Part shown: positions 8,385 to 17,793 of the stretch, piece by piece
How positions within the stretch are numbered: the stretch's first letter is position 1
Layout: each line of letters begins with the position of its first letter
Assembly (NCBI GenBank): GCA_031400935.1
Contig: JANNQV010000067.1
Coordinates: forward strand, 1 to 17,793
Length of the DNA: 17,793 nucleotides
Source of the DNA: Armatimonadota bacterium
GTDB taxonomy: Bacteria; Armatimonadota; Fimbriimonadia; Fimbriimonadales; Fimbriimonadaceae
Direction of reading: 5' to 3'
Notes under the pieces: generated by a model
The model's input: only the letters and a program-made list of their open reading frames with translations
What the model was told of the DNA's origin: nothing
Database searches by the model: none
Made by a program: the position numbers and the translations under genes

Positions 8385-9923
8385 TTGAAGGCGATCAAGG
8401 CAATCCATCCCCCGTTGTTCGCACTTTACTTTCCGCTAACGCTCTATTCAGTCAATGCTGGGATTGTTCCTTGGAGTGATATAGTTGTCCCTTCGATCGT
8501 CCTGATCGGAATATCGCTTTTGCTGTGGTTCGCAACTTTCAAGCTGCTCAAAGATCAGGTTCGAGCCGCTGCTGTAACAAGTGCTTTCCTTATCTGCTTT
8601 TTTTCGCACACCGCCGCCCTCGAACTAATTTTTCGAAGGACACCGCAGAATATTTCGCATCTTGATTCTGCGTTGTTGGTTGGTTTATGGATGCTTATTG
8701 CGCTGGCTTTCATTTTCGGTTCAGGATGGAAGGGCAAGCACAACCAGTATGTGAATCAATTTCTAAACTTCGGCGGTTGCGCACTCATTGTATTGGTGCT
8801 ATTTTCGATTGGGAGCACTACTTTCAAGCGAATCACTTTCCAACCGATGAACGAGGGAGTCCTTGCAAATGCCTATTCAAACATGCCTGCAGAACGACCC
8901 GATGTGTTCTATATTATTCTTGACGGCTACGGCTCGAACTCGACCCTCAAGAATTCATACAGTTTTGATAACGAAAGGTTCCTTACCAGCTTGAAGGAAC
9001 GTGGGTTCTATGTTGCCGACGATGCCAAGTCTAACTTTTGTGAGACAGAAATTTCGCTCGCTAGCAGCCTCAATTTCGTCGGAACTGAGGGACTTCCGCA
9101 CCCACAAAACAACACTTCGCTTGATAGAATGTTTTTAGACAAAATGGTTGACCAAAGCATGGCAGCTAAAGTGTTTCGTGGCTATGGCTACAATTACTAT
9201 GCGGTTACCACTGGCTTCCCATCACTCGCATTTGATTCCGCAGATTTCGTGCTTGCAGACTCTGGGAAATTCTCACTTTTCTTAGATGCGCTCTTGGCAA
9301 AAACTCCGATCCGATATTCAACTCAAGGCTTGCAAAGCGGGCTAGATCGAAGGCGTGATCAACTTCGCTCAGGCTTTGATAGTTTGACAAAGTTGTCTAA
9401 AAAGGGAATTGCACCTCGGTTTATTGTCTGTCATATCTTGGCTCCTCATCCTCCATTTGCCTTTGGTCCAAACGGCGAATCTGTTCGCCAAAAAATTCCA
9501 TTTGGACTTTGGGATGGCAACCATTACATGGAAATGGGTGGAACTTTAGATGGGTACCGATCTGGTTATGTTGGGCAGTTGCAATACGTAAACCGGCGAA
9601 TTTTAGAATCAATTGATGCAATAAAAACTGCATCGCCGGACGCGATCATCATCTTGCAAGGTGACCATGGCCCAAAATCTGAAACCGATCAAAACGATCT
9701 GAAAAAAACAAATGTTGACGAGCTTTTTGGAATACTCTATGCTGTACGAGGCCCTGAGAAAGTCCAAAAGCGGCTTTACAGCTCTATAACGCCGATCAAC
9801 ACATTTCGAATCGTGCTGAGCGAATTGTTTGGTCTTGACCTAAAGTTGGCTGAGGACAAGTCGTATTTCTCGGGATGGGAGCATCCGTTGGTCTTTGAAG
9901 ATGTGACTGAACGGCTGAAGTAA
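8385..9923 (+). CDS. Membrane-bound alkaline-phosphatase/sulfatase-superfamily protein (NoeB/LtaS/EptA-like architecture)
   Basis: About 5 N-terminal TM segments, then PDVFYIILDGY (metal ligand), SNFCETEISLASSLN (Thr at the presumed nucleophile position, no CxPxR), PHPPF and IILQGDHG. Confidence 0.85.
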   Translation: MKAIKAIHPPLFALYFPLTLYSVNAGIVPWSDIVVPSIVLIGISLLLWFATFKLLKDQVRAAAVTSAFLICFFSHTAALELIFRRTPQNISHLDSALLVGLWMLIALAFIFGSGWKGKHNQYVNQFLNFGGCALIVLVLFSIGSTTFKRITFQPMNEGVLANAYSNMPAERPDVFYIILDGYGSNSTLKNSYSFDNERFLTSLKERGFYVADDAKSNFCETEISLASSLNFVGTEGLPHPQNNTSLDRMFLDKMVDQSMAAKVFRGYGYNYYAVTTGFPSLAFDSADFVLADSGKFSLFLDALLAKTPIRYSTQGLQSGLDRRRDQLRSGFDSLTKLSKKGIAPRFIVCHILAPHPPFAFGPNGESVRQKIPFGLWDGNHYMEMGGTLDGYRSGYVGQLQYVNRRILESIDAIKTASPDAIIILQGDHGPKSETDQNDLKKTNVDELFGILYAVRGPEKVQKRLYSSITPINTFRIVLSELFGLDLKLAEDKSYFSGWEHPLVFEDVTERLK

Positions 9924-9971
9924 CACGCGGGGTCTAGCTAGAACTCCTGAATTGGATGTAAATCTTGTACC

Positions 9972-10509
9972 TTGGAGTTGACAACTTTCTCAATTCGCCC
10001 GATCAATCCTGATTCCATGGCAGAAATCGAGTTGATCGCAGCTCGAATACGGCAAACCCTAGTCGAGGTCATCAACGAAGAAGTTGGCGGTTCCATGTAC
10101 TCGCTAAATTGGCTGATTGAACGTGCCAAATTTCATCTTGATCCAGCGCAGTGCGATGGCCAGATTTTTGTTGCAGAGTCTGAATCTGGAGACATAGTAG
10201 GGCATACAATTGTGAGGGTCGAAAGGGAAGAGCGGAGTGCGGAGAGTGGGGAAGAACAAACCAACAACTAATAACTATGTATTTGTACTATCCTCTACTT
10301 TCTACGTCGTCCCAGAGCATAGAGGAATGGGGATCGCTTCCCAATTTATTGAAACTGGCGAAGCGTGGATGCGAGTAAAGGGTTTGCAGAAAGCCCGAAC
10401 CTATACGGCAGAAGATAACGAGAAACTGCATCGTCTGATGTTCAGGCATGGCTACGAGATTGAGCTTAGGAAGAACGATATGGTTTCGTTGGTGAAGGAA
10501 CTGATTTAG
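9972..10509 (+). pseudogene. GNAT N-acetyltransferase split by a frameshift (true pseudogene or sequence error)
   Basis: ORF 9972-10271 gives the N-terminal half (…QIFVAESESGDIVGHTIVRVE). ORF 10237-10509, in another frame, gives the acetyl-CoA motif (FYVVPEHRGMGIAS) and N-x6-FRHGY. The junction 10221-10300 is low-complexity stutter sequence. Confidence 0.8.
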
Positions 10510-10604
10510 CTGGGAATGGCTGGGTGTGGCTGGCATTGGTCCCAAATAACGTCTAGCAAATCCCGGCAACGCCCAGCTATTCCCAGCGACCAACAAGTAA
10601 CAAG

Positions 10605-10610
10605 TACAAT
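10605..10610 (+). promoter_or_regulatory. -10 box (TACAAT) of a probable leaderless transaldolase mRNA
   Basis: TACAAT-CCCTTCG-ATG, 7 nt spacing, no SD. Confidence 0.6.
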
Positions 10611-10617
10611 CCCTTCG

Positions 10618-11274
10618 ATGAAACTCTTTGTGGATACTGGCGATGTGGAAGAAGTGCGGCAAGCCGCCGAATGGGGAATTATTGACGGCGTAACCACCAA
10701 CCCGACCCTCATTGCTAAATCGGGAAAGGGATTCAAAGAGACTGTTCTGAAAATTTGCGAATTGATGCCTGGCGGAGCGATTTCGGCGGAAGTTGTGGCA
10801 ACCGACTACAGCACCATGCTCAAAGAAGCACTTGAGATTTCATCATGGCATGAGCAAATCGTTGTAAAGGTGCCTTTAATCGAGCCAGGAGTTCGCCTGG
10901 TTTCAACTCTTACGGACAAAGGAATTCGGACAAACGTGACTCTGGTCCTTACTGTTTCCCAAGCTCTCTTGGCAGCTAAAGCTGGAGCAACCTACATTTC
11001 AAATTTCGTTGGAAGGGTTGACGACATTTCAGGAGATGGGATGGAAGCTGTTGCCGATACGGTGGACATGGTGAACACCTACGGTTTCGAATCAGAAGTT
11101 CTTGTGGCATCGGTTCGGCATCCTCTACATGTGGTTCAAGCCGTTCAAGCTGGCGCCCATGTGAGCACAATGCCTTTCAAGATTTTGCAAATGCTCTTTA
11201 AGCACCCATTGACGGATTCGGGCTTGAAGAGGTTCTTGGATGATTGGAATCAGGCTGGGTTGAGTATTAGTTAG
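10618..11274 (+). CDS. tal: Transaldolase (short TalC/FSA family)
   Basis: MKLFVDT, DGVTTNPTLI, Schiff-base Lys in IVVKVP, TNVT, GRVDD, ASVRHPLHV and HPLTDSGL. Glu in SAEV and Phe in SNFVGR favour transaldolase over fructose-6-phosphate aldolase (Gln/Tyr). True start is ATG 10618. Confidence 0.93.
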   Translation: MKLFVDTGDVEEVRQAAEWGIIDGVTTNPTLIAKSGKGFKETVLKICELMPGGAISAEVVATDYSTMLKEALEISSWHEQIVVKVPLIEPGVRLVSTLTDKGIRTNVTLVLTVSQALLAAKAGATYISNFVGRVDDISGDGMEAVADTVDMVNTYGFESEVLVASVRHPLHVVQAVQAGAHVSTMPFKILQMLFKHPLTDSGLKRFLDDWNQAGLSIS

Positions 11275-11292
11275 GTTTGGGCTAACCTAATC

Positions 11293-11470
11293 CTCTCCCT
11301 TGATGGGAGAGAAAGTGCGAGGAACGCTTGTCCCGCCGAAGGGAAATGAAATCGGGTAGCTCAGGCAAGGGTGTCAGATTTCGCGAACCATGCAGGGATC
11401 ACCGTCATCCCAGTTCATCAGCCTCCTGCGTCGGCAGGATTCACAGGCCTTCTCCCATCGAGGGAGAAGG
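11293..11470. repeat. REP/BIME- or MITE-like element bounded by two inverted palindromes
   Basis: CTCTCCCTTGATGGGAGAG (11293-11311) and CCTTCTCCCATCGAGGGAGAAGG (11448-11470) are each hairpins, and their 17-nt cores are reverse complements with one mismatch. Internal hairpin TCCTGC-GTCG-GCAGGA (11424-11439). Confidence 0.65.
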
Positions 11471-11606
11471 AATTGGTACTTGTATAGCAAAGGTTATACC
11501 GCCCCCGCCACCTCATCCAAATCTACTCCGAGAACGATTGTCGCAATGGGCAGCAAATTGAACTTACAGATTCAGGCTATCGTCTACTTCATACATAGGG
11601 GACGAT

Positions 11607-12554
11607 ATGACCGGAATAACCATTCTATTAGCCGCCATTTTGCCGCTCGTCGGTACTACAAACCATCAACTAACTACCTACACTCCGCTGACCGATTTCG
11701 TGGGTCAACAGCTTTACAAGGGCGAGGCGGGCGGGCTTTATGGTCGGAACTCCAATCGTCCGCCACTTGAACACTTTCGGGCTGCCGGAAGGGCCGGAAA
11801 GCGAATCGTGCCCAGAGATTCTGGAGGAAATCCGTCTCCATCGGGCAGAATCGGACTCGTCTCGATTGGAATGTCCAACACCACGCAGGAGTTTTCCAGA
11901 TTTGTTCAAATAGCAAGTGCTGCGGGGCAAATGTCACCGAGAGTCACCTTGATAGATGGCGCACAAGGCGGACAAACGGCACGCGCATGGGCTACAAATC
12001 AAAATCCTTGGGATGTTCTTGCTCAGCGATTGGCGAGCAGTGGAACCTCGAACGCCCAAGTTCAAGCCGTTTGGATAAAGCTTGCTCAATCAAATCCAAG
12101 CTCACTTGGCGCGTATCCTTTGCATGCCAACAGCCTTCGCTCTGATACGGCAATCGTGGTGCGAAAACTGAAGCAAGTATTTCCTAACCTGGAAATTGCA
12201 TATCTATCGAGCCGAATCTACGCGGGATACGCATCTACAACCTTGAATCCCGAACCGTACGCATACGAAAGCGCGTTTGCAATGCGGCAACTCATTTCTG
12301 ACCAGATCAATGGAGCGCGAAACCTGAATTGCGACCCACGGTCTGGGCCTGTGGTAGCTCCGATAATGCTATGGGGACCTTATTTATGGGCAGACGGGCC
12401 GAATGGAAGGCAGATTGACTCCCTAGTTTGGCTACCAGGCGACTTCGCTGCCGACGGAACTCATCCGGCAACATCTGGACGCGAAAAAGTGGCGCAATTG
12501 CTGCTTACTTTTTTCAAAAACGATCCGACAACTTCAAGTTGGTTCAACCCATAG
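11607..12554 (+). CDS. Secreted hypothetical protein, SGNH/GDSL-hydrolase-like
   Basis: Signal-like N-terminus; VSIGMSN resembles block I Ser, GAQGG block II, and DGTHP the block V DxxH motif. AGGGGA SD upstream. Confidence 0.7.
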   Translation: MTGITILLAAILPLVGTTNHQLTTYTPLTDFVGQQLYKGEAGGLYGRNSNRPPLEHFRAAGRAGKRIVPRDSGGNPSPSGRIGLVSIGMSNTTQEFSRFVQIASAAGQMSPRVTLIDGAQGGQTARAWATNQNPWDVLAQRLASSGTSNAQVQAVWIKLAQSNPSSLGAYPLHANSLRSDTAIVVRKLKQVFPNLEIAYLSSRIYAGYASTTLNPEPYAYESAFAMRQLISDQINGARNLNCDPRSGPVVAPIMLWGPYLWADGPNGRQIDSLVWLPGDFAADGTHPATSGREKVAQLLLTFFKNDPTTSSWFNP

Positions 12555-12566
12555 ATTGATCCAAAA

Positions 12567-13772
12567 TCAGAACGCCTTCACCACGTCGTCCAAACTCACT
12601 CCGAGAACATTCGTTGCGATTTTTTGCAATTCTGCTCTGGTTCCCGAAAAGTGCATCGTTCGGCTCAGATGCGTCCTCGATTGCCCAGGTGCCAATGCCA
12701 AAGCATGCGACGAAGTCTCTAACTCATAAAATGGGCCCAGGGGCTTCTTGCCGGGTGCTGGAGGGCCATCGTTGTAGCTGTTCACCACATCGCCGCCATA
12801 CGGGTTGTCTTGCATTTCCCACATAGAATTCACGAACTTTGTTTCACCATTCTTCTTCGAATACTGGACAATCGTCAGCAGGTTTCGTACAGGATCGTAG
12901 CTTCCGCAAGCTGTCGTCGAGCGGTGCGGGTTCAAGCCGATTTTCGTTCGCATCTGCCCATCGGCTTTGAAGTAGACAGCGTTCTTCCCGATCTTCAATC
13001 GGTTAGCGGGCACCTTGCCAAAGTAGGTGTCGTTGACGATCGGCCCCATTTTGGATTCTGGACCTGGGTTAAATGGGCAAATGACCGTAGTTGTGGGCGA
13101 GTGCTTCAACATTCCCAAAATCCAGATTGAAATCAAACCAGTATCCAGACTCCAAGCTAAGTCTCCAGTGTTCTTCACCGTGTTTCGCGTTTCATAGGCT
13201 ACAAATTTGACTCCAGCGCCCAATGCGCCCCCAACGAAGGCTTCCACGCTCGCTTTGGAATTCATGACGACTTCGCGGCGGATGTGCAGGTTAAACTGAG
13301 TTCCCCAATAGTTTTTGAGAATGCCATCTTTTTCGAATATTGCAGATGTAGCTGTTTTGGAAGTCACTGTAAATGGATCGGTGTCAATAAGGGCAGGTGT
13401 CTGCCAGTGGGCAAGGTCAAATGGATCGCCACTCTTGAAAAATACGGAGAATTGACCGCCTTCCGGGCCAATCCAAAATCTGTCTTCACCGCCAAATACG
13501 TTGATGTGGGGAACGATTTTTCGGCTGGCGATATGCTCGTAGTTCAGCCACCCGTTTCCTGCGCCTGATTTTGCGTCAAATGTGCTGGTTGCAACTCGGC
13601 CTTGCCATCCCGGCACTAATGCGACGGCAGAATTTCCACTTCTTAATACAATGGTTGGTACGTATTTTTGAAGGAAGGAGACGTCTTGAGCGAAAGTTTT
13701 GGGTTGAGCTTGGACTTGGTTCATGGCGGCGCAAAGGGCTAGGATTGATAGAGATAGTTTGATTTTGGACAT
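12567..13772 (-). CDS. Secreted DUF6786-like protein (possibly galactose-mutarotase-like beta-sandwich)
   Basis: Signal peptide (…NQVQA). Motifs WQGRVATST, GWLN, FGGEDRFWIGPEGGQFS, SIWILGM, YGGDVVNSYNDGP and GPFYELETSS match my recollection of this family. Confidence 0.75.
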   Translation of the reverse strand: MSKIKLSLSILALCAAMNQVQAQPKTFAQDVSFLQKYVPTIVLRSGNSAVALVPGWQGRVATSTFDAKSGAGNGWLNYEHIASRKIVPHINVFGGEDRFWIGPEGGQFSVFFKSGDPFDLAHWQTPALIDTDPFTVTSKTATSAIFEKDGILKNYWGTQFNLHIRREVVMNSKASVEAFVGGALGAGVKFVAYETRNTVKNTGDLAWSLDTGLISIWILGMLKHSPTTTVICPFNPGPESKMGPIVNDTYFGKVPANRLKIGKNAVYFKADGQMRTKIGLNPHRSTTACGSYDPVRNLLTIVQYSKKNGETKFVNSMWEMQDNPYGGDVVNSYNDGPPAPGKKPLGPFYELETSSHALALAPGQSRTHLSRTMHFSGTRAELQKIATNVLGVSLDDVVKAF

Positions 13773-13842
13773 TTTTCGGCCTCTGAATGATTGTAGATTC
13801 GAGGAGATAAAGTGGATTTCCTTCTTTTTTGAGAGATTGGAA

Positions 13843-13917
13843 AGGGTTTAGGGTCGGTAATTACGATTGTTCACAGAGCCAATTGCACTTTGAAGCAAAA
13901 CCGTGACCCTAAACCCT
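13843..13917. repeat. Perfect 13-bp inverted repeat AGGGTTTAGGGTC / GACCCTAAACCCT
   Basis: Arms at 13843-13855 and 13905-13917 with a 49-nt spacer; degenerate copies continue to 13937. Confidence 0.8.
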
Positions 13918-13955
13918 GCACCCCATACCCTGACCCCAAAAATCCTCCCCCACCC

Positions 13956-13984
13956 TTGACAACTAGTTCAGAGACTGGTATTAT
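13956..13984 (+). promoter_or_regulatory. Sigma70-type promoter of the 23S-5S rRNA unit
   Basis: TTGACA (13956-13961), 17-bp spacer, extended -10 TGG-TATTAT (13976-13984), about 130 nt upstream of the 23S 5' end. Confidence 0.9.
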
Positions 13985-13989
13985 TCTAT

Positions 13990-14050
13990 TTCGCTGCATT
14001 TGACGCCTGTTTGGGTGTCAATCTGTAGCCAGCGACGAGATCTTTGACAG
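13990..14050 (+). promoter_or_regulatory. rRNA leader: boxB-like hairpin and boxA antiterminator
   Basis: TCGCTG…CAGCGA stem enclosing TTGACGCCT-GTTT-GGGTGTCAA, followed by boxA-like GATCTTTGACAG (14039-14050). TCTTTGACA is complementary to TGTCAAAGA (17565-17573) downstream of the 23S, giving a processing stem. Confidence 0.75.
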
Positions 14051-14112
14051 TTGCATATAGCGTTTTTTTATACTAGCGTGTGCATCGAGCACTCAATTTT
14101 TTTGCTTCGTAA

Positions 14113-17518
<3,406 letters not shown>

Positions 17519-17593
17519 CATCTTTGTATCCAACATATTAAATGTCTTGACTTTCCTATTGGTGTGTCAAAGACGATCTTTTTGGGGGCAGAA

Positions 17594-17713
17594 TTCCCGG
17601 TGCTTCTCGCGATGGGGTCACACCCGTTCCCATTCCGAACACGGCCGTTAAGCCCATCCGCGCTCATGGTACTTGAACCGCAAGGTTCTGGGAGAGTAAG
17701 TCAGTGCCGGGAG
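17594..17713 (+). rRNA. rrf: 5S rRNA
   Basis: CACCCGTTCCCATTCCGAACACGG…GTTAAG…GGGAGAGTA motifs; terminal helix TTCCCGGTG/TGCCGGGAG; flanking GGGGCA/TGCCCC precursor stem. Confidence 0.96.
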
Positions 17714-17793
17714 TTGTGCCCCTGAAGCTTGTGGTTCTGCAGAAAATATCGTAGAATCCCATTTCCATAACGAAGCGGCAAAGACCGTAGGGC

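Noticed and set aside
11328..11770. ORFs 11328-11561 and 11390-11770
   Set aside because: They run through the palindromic repeat and overlap the 11607 gene out of frame; no protein-like composition.

Overview
Bacterial genomic window, tentatively Armatimonadota (Fimbriimonas-like). This is an impression from gene content and 23S style, not a database result. The left 13.8 kb is coding. It holds a HepT/MntA toxin-antitoxin pair, a DUF2089 + SHOCT/DUF4097 pair, an M32 carboxypeptidase, a GT9 glycosyltransferase and an unknown membrane-anchored protein. It then holds a three-gene unit (small YIDxxTGS membrane peptide, NoeA-like kinase-fold/SAM-methyltransferase, NoeB-like membrane alkaline-phosphatase-superfamily enzyme), a frameshifted GNAT, a transaldolase, a REP-like palindromic element, a secreted SGNH-like protein and a DUF6786-like protein. 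The right 4 kb is a 23S-5S rRNA unit with its own sigma70 promoter and boxA and no 16S gene. The most striking feature is a 451-nt ORF-less group I intron (16621-17071) in the 23S peptidyl-transferase centre. It sits after the U equivalent to E. coli 2457, and its whole ribozyme core (P1-P10) can be folded by eye, with large P7.1/P7.2 and branched P8 extensions. The second strong candidate for an undescribed system is the peptide/kinase-methyltransferase/phosphotransferase unit at 6788-9923. All family assignments come from motif recognition; no searches were run.
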